64,000 bases of DNA from a virus: positions 7,518-71,517 of the IMG/VR virus record IMGVR_UViG_3300029231_000002; one strand, given 5' to 3'. A model generated the notes under the pieces. The model ran no database searches. It was not told the origin of the DNA and saw only the letters and a program-made list of their open reading frames with translations. Shown here piece by piece: positions 28,556 to 37,931 of this stretch (its first letter is position 1; the number at the start of each line of letters is the position of its first letter). Both the position numbers and the translations under genes were made by a program.

Positions 28556-30080
28556 ATATAATCGGCTTCCCTTCCCAGCCTTTTAGAGAAGAAAACCCAT
28601 CTGAATTATCTTCCCATGACTGCAATATTTTTAAATAGTACGCTGGAATCTTTTGTAATGCCATTTTTTCTGCTACCTCTCCTATTTTATTAAATATCTG
28701 TAATATATCTTCATTACCACTTACTAAATCGTTTTCAATGGCCCATTTCTGAAATCCTTGACACGCAAGTCCTAAACATAAATATTCTGATCTAATCCCA
28801 GTTATTAACAATGTAAGCCATGATCCCAAGTCAGCATCGGAACAGCCATACATCAAATAGTCTTTAAACGCGTATTCCGGGAAACCATAAGGTCCATTAA
28901 TAAAATCCCTGTCTAGCGAATACTTATCAAAAGACAACATATATGCTTTAAAAGCTTTTTCTAATGGTATTTCTGCAAGTTTCTTTGATTTTTCTTTCAT
29001 CATCAAAAGAGATGCCGGAATATTTGCATGTACTGCTTCAATATTTAACTTGAAAAGATTTTGATAACACGGCATATCTTTACCATATAACTGTTCTGAA
29101 GAAAATAAATGCCGTGTATTTATATCTCTATATTCTGAGGTATAACGTTTTTCTACAATTGCAGTATAATAATACACATGTACACTTTTTCGACAATCAC
29201 CTTCTATATACCCATATAACCTTAAAGTGTTAGCATTATATCCACGAGATTGGTTCCATATAGGAACATCTATTGAATACCCACCACTTAAAACACCAGT
29301 CTCAACGCAGTTCAGAGTCCTGAGTAGTCTAATTAAATATGGCTGCCCCAAACACCTCGGAGTACCCATCTCAAAACTATCACTCCCCTCATCCACACTT
29401 CCTAGTGATATACCTGTAGCATTTGTTAAAAATCCCTGTTGTTTTCCTGCTACCCGACTTATTTTTCCTAAAATCTTCCATAAATAGCGAATAACAGGGG
29501 TATAATGGTTAAGTACTCGCGGCTGATTAGCTCCTAACCGAAGTGCAGTTATTTTGCCTGGCCAATAAGGTTGGTGCTCTTCCCGCCGTATAGTTAATCT
29601 TAAATCGTTAAGTTCATCCAGATTTGTTTGGTTAATAAACTCATATCGAGTACCTTTAGTCTTTGAAAACCAAAAATTACCCCAATATCTATATCCACGT
29701 GTACCCATAGACTCCCATCTCATACACATTGTAAACATGTCCCGCATAATACGTGTCATATTTGAATTCCGTTCCGCATCACGCTGAAATAACTCCGGTG
29801 CAATACCAGCTACACATCTGGCAGGAGTAAGCCGGGCTTCAAAAAACTGTTTTACACCCATATACTCTACCCAATCATCAGGCAACGTACCCCAGTAATC
29901 CATAAGTTCAACCTTCCGCTTTTCCCTGCGCGAAATTAATCTGGAGTAGATGTTCGCTTTTAATCCCAATTGAGTCATTGCATATGCAAAAGTATTATAA
30001 ATCAACGTAAGCTCACGGGCTACCATTTCTATATCTTTAGTTTCTACTGCAGAACTAGAATATAAGAGTCTCCCCTGCAT
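28545..30080 (-). CDS. hypothetical large protein
   Basis: 511 aa. No recognisable motif. Confidence 0.55.
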   Translation of the reverse strand: MQGRLLYSSSAVETKDIEMVARELTLIYNTFAYAMTQLGLKANIYSRLISRREKRKVELMDYWGTLPDDWVEYMGVKQFFEARLTPARCVAGIAPELFQRDAERNSNMTRIMRDMFTMCMRWESMGTRGYRYWGNFWFSKTKGTRYEFINQTNLDELNDLRLTIRREEHQPYWPGKITALRLGANQPRVLNHYTPVIRYLWKILGKISRVAGKQQGFLTNATGISLGSVDEGSDSFEMGTPRCLGQPYLIRLLRTLNCVETGVLSGGYSIDVPIWNQSRGYNANTLRLYGYIEGDCRKSVHVYYYTAIVEKRYTSEYRDINTRHLFSSEQLYGKDMPCYQNLFKLNIEAVHANIPASLLMMKEKSKKLAEIPLEKAFKAYMLSFDKYSLDRDFINGPYGFPEYAFKDYLMYGCSDADLGSWLTLLITGIRSEYLCLGLACQGFQKWAIENDLVSGNEDILQIFNKIGEVAEKMALQKIPAYYLKILQSWEDNSDGFSSLKGWEGKPIIYEL

Positions 30081-30870
30081 TATATAGTTCCTCCTTTATT
30101 TTATTTCGCTCTATATGAGAATAACATCGTAATTTTAACCTGAAACGATCAATATAATTCCGATTGAAAACTCCTCCTTTTTCATCATGTAATATTACTT
30201 GCGGTAATCCCAGAGGCCTATGCAAATAGGTTGCAAAGTTAAAATTTCCCTGTACTAAATTTAATATATCCCCTATTACACGTTCCCCTATTTCCAACAT
30301 TAAACTCAGAGATTTTAATTGTACCTGAAAAGAAATTGGATACGCATCAAAATCCGTAGAAATAACATTTCTTTCAGCCCCAAATATATGAGTTAAACTA
30401 CTCATAGCATCAAGGAATTCAGAAATTACCACTCTATCTTTGCGGGTAAGAGCTAGTCTGTGGGTAATCATATCTGTATATTTTCTCGTCTTTTTCAATT
30501 GCTTGATTAATATTTTATATAGTTCAATCCTATATTCCATGGATATATTATTTAAAAGCCTTAATATACTTCTAAAACCGTAAATTAACCTCTCTCTATA
30601 ATAACTCCCGGAATAAATCCCGGATAGCTTAATCGTAGTAAGAGATTCGTAACTGCGTAGCGTATTTTTATAAATATTATCTAAAATTCTGTGTAAACTT
30701 TTAATAATAAGTTTCAAATCTATAGCCGAATAAATAATATGGTCATAGCTATTTAACCTTGAACTAATCTTATTACCGAATAGCTCATCTCTGTTATACA
30801 CTATATAATCGCCAAGATGACGAAATTCATCTAGTTCAAATTGAATATATCTGATCATGCGTTGTACCAC
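30055..30870 (-). CDS. hypothetical protein
   Basis: 271-aa ORF. Confidence 0.55.
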   Translation of the reverse strand: MVQRMIRYIQFELDEFRHLGDYIVYNRDELFGNKISSRLNSYDHIIYSAIDLKLIIKSLHRILDNIYKNTLRSYESLTTIKLSGIYSGSYYRERLIYGFRSILRLLNNISMEYRIELYKILIKQLKKTRKYTDMITHRLALTRKDRVVISEFLDAMSSLTHIFGAERNVISTDFDAYPISFQVQLKSLSLMLEIGERVIGDILNLVQGNFNFATYLHRPLGLPQVILHDEKGGVFNRNYIDRFRLKLRCYSHIERNKIKEELYNAGETLIF

Positions 30871-30874
30871 TCCT

Positions 30875-32533
30875 TTATATAATATAATTTAAATGACTGG
30901 ACCATTCTGTGCCATATTTCATATCCCATTTTGTTATGCCCTCAATGTACTCAGATAAAAACGACCAGTTACCCAGCCATTCTGGTTTATCATTGGGCAA
31001 CATATACTGTTTCTGAATCCCCTCTTTGTACCAGGGATCATTAGCTAAGGGATTAAATGTGTCATCACTCCATAAGAATGGAATACTATTTACTTTCGGC
31101 ATTTTTTTATGTATTACTCGTACCTGATCTTCTCTTACTAATGAAATGGAAGTCATCTGGTAGCCAGCGTCTGGGTTATAGTATTCAGACATTGTATTAT
31201 CATTACTTAAATTTACAACATGACCATATCTGCAGGTCAAGTTTGGACCTCTGTTTCTGAATGCATCAAATGTAAACGAAGGAATCATAGGGAAAACAAG
31301 GTTGTACAAAGGTTTCCTGTGTGTAAAACTATTATACAATTCGTGTATTAACCAATTTAAAATAGCGACAAAATCTCCAGGCGACGCATACTCCTGTTGT
31401 ACCATACTCTTATCTTTATATAGAGGCTTTAGTACACGATAATACAGGTTTGCATAGATACCCTCAGCAAAACTACATAAAGAGTTTAAAACATTGAGAT
31501 CTTCATTTAACATTTTCCGTAAATCGTGAGACCACATTGGACCTGGGATAATCGGATTATCAAATAGATAAGGGACATCCTTGTTACCACGATGATTCTT
31601 CGCATATACAACATTTTGTCCTATTTTAATAGAATTCGCTAAATCTAACCATTTGTAGTATAAACATTCCTCCAGTACTTTTACATTGTCAGGACAACGT
31701 GAGTCATTGAGTTCTTTAAGAATATTAGTAACATATAAACGAGATAATAAAAGCATTCCATATAAACCTTTAATTTTTCTCATTAAATTCTCTCTAGGAT
31801 AGGGAACTGCATCTGTGAAAACATTGTGCGAAATCACATAAAATATTTCAGTGTAATGATTGTTTAAAATCCATGATCCAGAATCAACCATATAAGATGT
31901 TGATTCCATCGTCCTTTCATCCATTCCTAAAATAGTATTTATTACATCTAAAAGGTTAGTATTGCATATAAGCAGATATCCAGGAGCATAGGGTATACTA
32001 TATTTTCTAGATTTTAATTCCTCTATGATATTAGTTGACCAATCATTATGAGTATCATAGGGTGTAATACTTAACAGAGTTTCCTTAAAATCGATATCCT
32101 TAAAATTAGAAATTGGTAAATCTGCTTCCCTAACCACATACATTATATTACTTTTAAGAATCATTGGTGTCGCTAGAATATAAAATAAATAATACATGTA
32201 AGATAGTTCATCTGGAAAATAACAGGGAATAGATAATCGACTCCCCCAAGAAAAATTCATTTTATTCTCATTGCGTTTAAAAAGTTTTTCCAGTACATCC
32301 CTATATCGGGGTCTACCATTTCTGATATATATAAAATCAGAACCCTTACCAAAATATAAACGTATAAACGTGGAAGCAAAACTGTTATTATTATGCCTAT
32401 AATCCCACTGTTGATTTAATAACCGTAATATTTTTTCGCTCTCATTCATAAATACATCTCCTTTTCTGTTAAAATATAGGCAGTTATACAAATGTCTACT
32501 ACCATTATACTTATACCAGCCACTGAAATTCAT
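30875..32533 (-). CDS. hypothetical large protein, first gene leftward of the origin-like region
   Basis: 552-aa ORF. Confidence 0.55.
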   Translation of the reverse strand: MNFSGWYKYNGSRHLYNCLYFNRKGDVFMNESEKILRLLNQQWDYRHNNNSFASTFIRLYFGKGSDFIYIRNGRPRYRDVLEKLFKRNENKMNFSWGSRLSIPCYFPDELSYMYYLFYILATPMILKSNIMYVVREADLPISNFKDIDFKETLLSITPYDTHNDWSTNIIEELKSRKYSIPYAPGYLLICNTNLLDVINTILGMDERTMESTSYMVDSGSWILNNHYTEIFYVISHNVFTDAVPYPRENLMRKIKGLYGMLLLSRLYVTNILKELNDSRCPDNVKVLEECLYYKWLDLANSIKIGQNVVYAKNHRGNKDVPYLFDNPIIPGPMWSHDLRKMLNEDLNVLNSLCSFAEGIYANLYYRVLKPLYKDKSMVQQEYASPGDFVAILNWLIHELYNSFTHRKPLYNLVFPMIPSFTFDAFRNRGPNLTCRYGHVVNLSNDNTMSEYYNPDAGYQMTSISLVREDQVRVIHKKMPKVNSIPFLWSDDTFNPLANDPWYKEGIQKQYMLPNDKPEWLGNWSFLSEYIEGITKWDMKYGTEWSSHLNYII

Positions 32534-32561
32534 TTTTTCCCGACGCCATCGACATAAACAT

Positions 32562-33103
32562 AAAGTGTAGACACTTTTATGTCGATAAACTAGCAGAATT
32601 AGAATGTCTGTCTACACTGTCTACAAATCATCTTTAAAAAGTGTAGACACTTTTTTGCTTATAATATAATATAAATTATATGATTGTCTACATGTCTACA
32701 CTTTTTTTAAGGTAGAGACACATGACGCGAGATTTTTTACATGTAAATAGTGTATACTATATATAAATAGTGTATACTAAATGAAAAATAAAAAATGAAG
32801 ATATATATAAGGGGGTCTACCCTGAAAAAAGTGTAGACATGTAGACAACGTGACATTTCATAGCACCGCGTCCTCAAAAAAGTGTCTACACTTTTTCAAA
32901 AAAATTTGTAGACAGGTGTAGACAACTTTGTGAACTATTTGTGAACTTTCTAGGTTTAATGCTGCCCGGAGGGGTGTAAAAACCTGGGAGCAAAGTGTAA
33001 CCACCGATGGCATCGACAGAATTAGAAACCTCCCGAGTTTTCTGTTTTTAGACACAATTATTTTGCACTGTTTTCTCGGCGAAAAAGTGTCTACACTTTT
33101 TGA
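32562..33103. repeat. iteron cluster: at least 9 copies of AAAGTGTAGACAC in both orientations plus tandem half-sites (TGTCTACA with 9-10 bp spacing), an AT-rich segment and a 16-bp direct repeat AAATAGTGTATACTAA x2
   Basis: Motifs and positions read directly from the sequence. Confidence 0.6.
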
Positions 33104-33302
33104 AAGTATTGTGTACTCAGCGTTTTGCGAAGGGAGGCATTGTAAAACGTCGATAAACGTGGATATTTAAGAGATATGGACATTTTAAGAATCTAGTGGA
33201 CACTTGTGGTTAAAAAGTTAACACTTTTATGTAAACTGAATTAAAGATTGTAATGTTTACAACTTCACAATTATTTTACATTTATATTTATCAACAACAC
33301 AT

Positions 33303-33715
33303 GTGGATAACTGTGTCCTATAGCATAAAGCAATGGGTCTCGTTGTTTTTACTTGCTACTCCGAGTGTAACATTTAATAAAAGTGTAACATTTGTTACAT
33401 TGTTAACCTGTGGATAACTCATTTTCAAGGTTTACACTTTTTATCATTTTTTATCAAAACAAATGTCCACAGGTTCAAAATATAACAAATATGTCGATGA
33501 CATGCTGTGAATGATGTGTAAACCTGTTTCTATTTTACCCTGTGGATAAGCTGTGGATAAGCTGTGGATAACTTTTAAAAATCTGTGGATAAGTACATTT
33601 GTTTTTCACTGTCTAAAGATTATTCCCAAAAATATCCACAAGTTATCCACATATTTATCCACAGGGAACAGTGAGTCACCATGCGGTCTAAGACCACTTA
33701 TCCACATTATCCACA
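33303..33715. promoter_or_regulatory. cluster of 11 perfect DnaA boxes (TTATCCACA/TGTGGATAA) plus near-matches: candidate DnaA-dependent origin or DnaA-titrating element
   Basis: Boxes at about 33303, 33409, 33541, 33553, 33565, 33584 (TGTGGATAA) and 33643, 33655, 33698, 33707 (TTATCCACA), with a near-match at 33632. Four are in tandem at 12-bp spacing. Confidence 0.6.
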
Positions 33716-33825
33716 GCCCCTACTACTACTGCTTTTAAAAGATTATATATTTTCCTAGTAATAGAAAACCTTACACACGTGCGTAGGTTCCAAAAACAAA
33801 AAACTTTTTGATTTCGCAATTTAGG

Positions 33826-33855
33826 TTGACTTGGTTTAGGTTCGTATGATATACT
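33826..33855 (+). promoter_or_regulatory. sigma-A-type promoter for the rightward tail operon (-35 TTGACT, 18-nt spacer, -10 TATACT)
   Basis: Read directly. 60 nt upstream of the first plus-strand gene. Confidence 0.45.
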
Positions 33856-33914
33856 TTAGGTACAGCTTCTGGAACTCCCCTTAACACCTGGCTGTTTTAT
33901 CCAAAACTTTAAAT

Positions 33915-34151
33915 ATGAAAGGCGGTAAGATCATGACAACCGAACAAATCACAAACATTGTACCAGACATTATCACAGTATATGGGCTCACAAAAGTCCA
34001 CAAAGATCTCGTTGAAAGCATTACTGATGAAGGTACTACGCTTTTGCTGACCATTAAGTTTAACGATGCCTTGATGAAAATCCGTATCCTGAAAGATAAT
34101 CCCAATATTGGTGTACGGGTTGACGACCATACTGACGAGGTGACTCTGTAA
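33915..34151 (+). CDS. hypothetical protein
   Basis: 78 aa. First gene of the rightward block. Confidence 0.5.
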   Translation: MKGGKIMTTEQITNIVPDIITVYGLTKVHKDLVESITDEGTTLLLTIKFNDALMKIRILKDNPNIGVRVDDHTDEVTL

Positions 34152-34978
34152 TGTCAGAAAATATTTTGAACAAATCTAAAGAGGATCCATTTGCTCGGCG
34201 TAAAGGTCCTAAAAAAGAAAGTACTTCACCTGTACAGAATATCAAATGTACTCCTGATGGACTGGGAAAAGTCAGTGAAGTCGATGATACTCTTCGTGAC
34301 GACCTTAGTAAATTAGAAGGCCTGGTTCCCCAGGAAGCTTCTTTGGATGAAGGTTACAATAAGATGCTGGCTATTATGGGAGTAGATCCTAAGAAAGCAA
34401 AAACGGCTCAGGAAAGACGTCAGCAGGCAGCAAGTATCTTAAATACTCCGCCTATAGAAACGGTATCTGATCCGATTGGTACTGCTCTGGATGGTCCACG
34501 TATGACAGATCCACAGACAGTTAAAACTCCTGAACCTGTGAAAGAGGAAACTCCTACTTACACAGATGAAGAACTTCTTCCGTACATTGATGCTCTGTTT
34601 ACCCTAGGGTACATTACAGACGAGTTTATGATGCGTGGGGCTAAGGTCGTACTGAAAACTACCTTTACCTGGGAAGAGCAGATGGTCCTTACCAAGCTTG
34701 ATGAGTACACGCAAGATCACCGTTTGAACAGTGCTGTTGATTTGATGTACCAAAAGTTCATGTTGGCTGCAGCTATTCAGACTATTGGTGGTGCTAGCTT
34801 CAAACCTATTAGGGAAGGTGACCCGGTACAGCTTGAAAAGCACTTTGATGCTCGCGTAGAAGTACTGAACACTTTGCCTACACCTATCGTACAATTCCTG
34901 TGGACTAAATACACTAACTTTGCTCAGAAGGTAAGTTATGCCACTAAGGAATTTGAACGGCTTATAAAGGTTTTTTAG
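34151..34978 (+). CDS. hypothetical structural-module protein
   Basis: 275-aa ORF. Confidence 0.55.
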   Translation: MSENILNKSKEDPFARRKGPKKESTSPVQNIKCTPDGLGKVSEVDDTLRDDLSKLEGLVPQEASLDEGYNKMLAIMGVDPKKAKTAQERRQQAASILNTPPIETVSDPIGTALDGPRMTDPQTVKTPEPVKEETPTYTDEELLPYIDALFTLGYITDEFMMRGAKVVLKTTFTWEEQMVLTKLDEYTQDHRLNSAVDLMYQKFMLAAAIQTIGGASFKPIREGDPVQLEKHFDARVEVLNTLPTPIVQFLWTKYTNFAQKVSYATKEFERLIKVF

Positions 34979-35007
34979 AAAGCCCACTATATTTAACCAG
35001 AGCATCT

Positions 35008-35322
35008 ATGCACCTGGAGGGTATCCCACTCGCTCCCTTGGGTACCCTCCAAGATTCTCTGTACCAAGCTGTTTGGACTAGACGAGAACAAATGAGGATT
35101 TTTGAGACGCTGATCAATGTTCTGGCTAGTGGGCTCTCTTTAAACCCATCAGTATCTAAAAAAATAGAGAAGCTGATGGATGAATATATCAATCTGGTAA
35201 TACCGGGAGCAGAGCAGGCTAAGAAAAAAGCTGATGAAGCTTTTGTTACAAAGACTGCCAGTGCTTTAAGTGATGTCGCTAAACTGCTTGCATCACATAG
35301 TAAAAAAATTGGGGACAAATAG
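35008..35322 (+). CDS. hypothetical protein
   Basis: 104-aa ORF. Confidence 0.5.
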   Translation: MHLEGIPLAPLGTLQDSLYQAVWTRREQMRIFETLINVLASGLSLNPSVSKKIEKLMDEYINLVIPGAEQAKKKADEAFVTKTASALSDVAKLLASHSKKIGDK

Positions 35323-35324
35323 AA

Positions 35325-35597
35325 ATGAACGATTATATTGCTGTGGTAGAATTCTCGGCTAAGGAAGCAATGCACAGAATGTCCAGCGAGAAACTGAAAT
35401 GCAAGGTTGTAAAAGACTCCAGCAGTTATTATTATATCAAAGATAATCACCTGATCCACCATTTATACAATGGTAAAGAAATTCAGGTATTCTCTGATAT
35501 CAATGAACTGCGGCATTTCTCAGAGCTTCTCATTGAACGTACAGCGTGGGAAATTGCAACACCGGAAAACTGTAGTGCGTTAAAAATTCACAAATAA
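35325..35597 (+). CDS. hypothetical protein
   Basis: 90-aa ORF. Confidence 0.5.
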   Translation: MNDYIAVVEFSAKEAMHRMSSEKLKCKVVKDSSSYYYIKDNHLIHHLYNGKEIQVFSDINELRHFSELLIERTAWEIATPENCSALKIHK

Positions 35598-35662
35598 CCA
35601 AAAGCCTCTCAGGTATAATAGGGCATAGAAACTTAAGTGCTTGATATTATCTTGGGAGGTTT

Positions 35663-36487
35663 TTGTATATGGGTTTGATGGATACTTTACGGGCAGGCAA
35701 ACGTCTGGTACGTGGAGATAATGTAACTGCGATCATGAAACGCAAAGAGAATATGCTGAATAACTTGGCAGGAAAAGTAATGAACAGGAAAGTAGACGCT
35801 AAGCATGGTATCGAAATGGGTATCCGTGGTGCTAACAGAATGGATAAACTGCAGCGTTCTGCACAGCGTCAAACAAATTTAGCAAGGGGAGTCGTGGCTG
35901 GCAGTGCCCTAACGGGGGTATACAAAGGTGTAGAACATGCTACTAAAACTCCGTCTGCAGATTTCGATGCTACTAATATTACAGATGGTGGCTATGATAC
36001 GTATAAATATGCACGTGAAGCACTGGAGTCTTTTAAGAAAAAGCATGCATCCAAAATGGTAACTGATAAACCTGTCGAGCTGATAGAAGCTACAGATACC
36101 CCTTCGTTTGAGTCGCCTAACAGTGCTGTACCTACAGATTATTATGACTTTACGGAGTATGTAAATACAGATCCTGGTCCAACAACGCCAGACAGAGAAA
36201 GTCCTGTATTTAAACAATGGGCGCAAGGGGATGCACAGACTATCATTGGTAACACAAAGACTGCTGCAGATTTACTGGGAGTTGACACTGAGACCCGTGA
36301 GTATATCGACAGTGTATTTCAAGGTAGTACAAAGACTGCCAGTGTTAAGGCAAAGTTAGTCAAAGATACCGTTGGTAAGAAATTGTTGGGCAGTGCACTC
36401 ATTGGTGCTGGTGCAGGAGGTGTGACATATGGCACAACAAGATTTATTAAAAGCGATCTTGTCCAAACGCCCGACTACTATAAATAA
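35663..36487 (+). CDS. hypothetical Ala/Gly/Thr-rich protein
   Basis: 274 aa. The 3' end overlaps the next ORF by 59 nt in another frame. Confidence 0.5.
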   Translation: MYMGLMDTLRAGKRLVRGDNVTAIMKRKENMLNNLAGKVMNRKVDAKHGIEMGIRGANRMDKLQRSAQRQTNLARGVVAGSALTGVYKGVEHATKTPSADFDATNITDGGYDTYKYAREALESFKKKHASKMVTDKPVELIEATDTPSFESPNSAVPTDYYDFTEYVNTDPGPTTPDRESPVFKQWAQGDAQTIIGNTKTAADLLGVDTETREYIDSVFQGSTKTASVKAKLVKDTVGKKLLGSALIGAGAGGVTYGTTRFIKSDLVQTPDYYK

Positions 36488-37478
36488 AGCTACACTGGCT
36501 GAAGTAGGTATAGGCGCAACAACACTTGCCGGAGTGCATTCCATGTATGCAAATACTGAGGATGAGCTCGAAAAGGCAAGACGAAGTGCCAAAGGTGTTA
36601 TTACCAGGAAAATAAAGACTGCAGGGGCAATAGATGAATTAAGAAAGTTATTTTTAAAGCGTCATCCGGAGTTTAGCAAAGATGTCATTGAGATCAAAGA
36701 TGACGGTAAGAAAACCAGTATTACTGTAAATGGGCCGCATAGTATTTTCAGTGATACTAAAAATGCTATAATGACTATCAAAGATGACCCTGGCAACCAT
36801 AAGAAAAAAGCTTTGGCAGGTGTAGCAGGGGCATTAGCTGGTGCATATGTTGCTGCCAAAAACATGACTTTAGGTGGGCATGCTGAGAAGTTGGATAAAG
36901 CACTAGAAGTTGATTCTTCCAAGGCATCTAAGCTTAACCAGGTGATTGCTGATGTATCCCAATGGTTATTACCTGCAAGTGTTTATTATACATCGAGAAA
37001 CCTGGATAGGGACAGCCGGGCGATTGCAGGCACTGCTGCTACAGTAGGTGCTCATAAAATCAATCAAATGGCTTTTAAAAACAGTGTTATGAAGAACCAG
37101 AACATAAAAATACCCCCGGAGGCAGTAGCTCCAATGATGCGAGCTAATGCGGGTATGGCAACTGCCGCTGGTTCTACCATATACGCCTTACATCAATTTC
37201 AGGCCGCCGCAGATGAGGCGGAGTTAACCAAGTTGAAGACCGTAACCGGATTGGGTGATGCAGAAAAGGCTAAGAAGATAAATGCAATCAGATCACGCCG
37301 CGATTTCCTCACCCGGTACCCAGTGTTCCGCTCTGCACCTTACTCTGAAAAGATGAGAGGCTGGTACAACAGGTTCCACAAACCGGTGCCTAAAGTAACT
37401 CCGGAAGACTATAAGGAATATTTTTTAAAGGCTGAAACTAATCGTAAAGACATTGGTGATCCTTTAAAAAACCGGTAA
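36429..37478 (+). CDS. hypothetical Ala-rich protein
   Basis: 349 aa. Followed by a terminator. Confidence 0.5.
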   Translation: MAQQDLLKAILSKRPTTINKATLAEVGIGATTLAGVHSMYANTEDELEKARRSAKGVITRKIKTAGAIDELRKLFLKRHPEFSKDVIEIKDDGKKTSITVNGPHSIFSDTKNAIMTIKDDPGNHKKKALAGVAGALAGAYVAAKNMTLGGHAEKLDKALEVDSSKASKLNQVIADVSQWLLPASVYYTSRNLDRDSRAIAGTAATVGAHKINQMAFKNSVMKNQNIKIPPEAVAPMMRANAGMATAAGSTIYALHQFQAAADEAELTKLKTVTGLGDAEKAKKINAIRSRRDFLTRYPVFRSAPYSEKMRGWYNRFHKPVPKVTPEDYKEYFLKAETNRKDIGDPLKNR

Positions 37479-37498
37479 TCTGGGATCACAGAATGAAG

Positions 37499-37535
37499 GG
37501 GCTGGGAGAAATCCCAGTCCTTTTATTTTTATTTC
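37499..37535 (+). terminator. rho-independent terminator (GGGCTGGGA-GAAA-TCCCAGTCC, then TTTTATTTTTATTT) followed by a TATAAT element
   Basis: Read directly from the sequence. Confidence 0.5.
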
Positions 37536-37579
37536 CGGTATAATAACTACCAGAGAGAATAGTATTAAAATTTAAAGAA

Positions 37580-37903
37580 ATGAGGAATATATTTATCATG
37601 TTAAACAATGTAAGAGCAAAAGGCCCGTTGATTTTCAGTTCTGATGTAGGACAATACAATGTACTAAAGAAACATTTACAATTATGGTACAATAGTGCTA
37701 GAATGGTAAATGGGGCTACTACGTATAAAATGCCGGACTTTGATTTACCTGAGGTAGTTGAGAAACTTGAACTCATTGATACCGCGGGGGATCTCCGCAT
37801 GGTACTTCCTTTGGACGTTTTTTTAGCTACCAAGCTGGAAGATGGTGGCTATGAATTACCAATTGAAGAATGGAAAGCCAAGTATAAACCTGTTCGTTTT
37901 TAA
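37580..37903 (+). CDS. hypothetical protein upstream of the tape measure gene
   Basis: 107 aa. RBS GAGGAA. Confidence 0.5.
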   Translation: MRNIFIMLNNVRAKGPLIFSSDVGQYNVLKKHLQLWYNSARMVNGATTYKMPDFDLPEVVEKLELIDTAGDLRMVLPLDVFLATKLEDGGYELPIEEWKAKYKPVRF

Positions 37904-37931
37904 TTAAAGAAAGGAGGGTACCAAGAGATCT

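Noticed and set aside
32858-33055. ORF 32858..33055 in the origin-like region
   Set aside because: It overlaps iterons and the AT-rich repeat region, and has no RBS.
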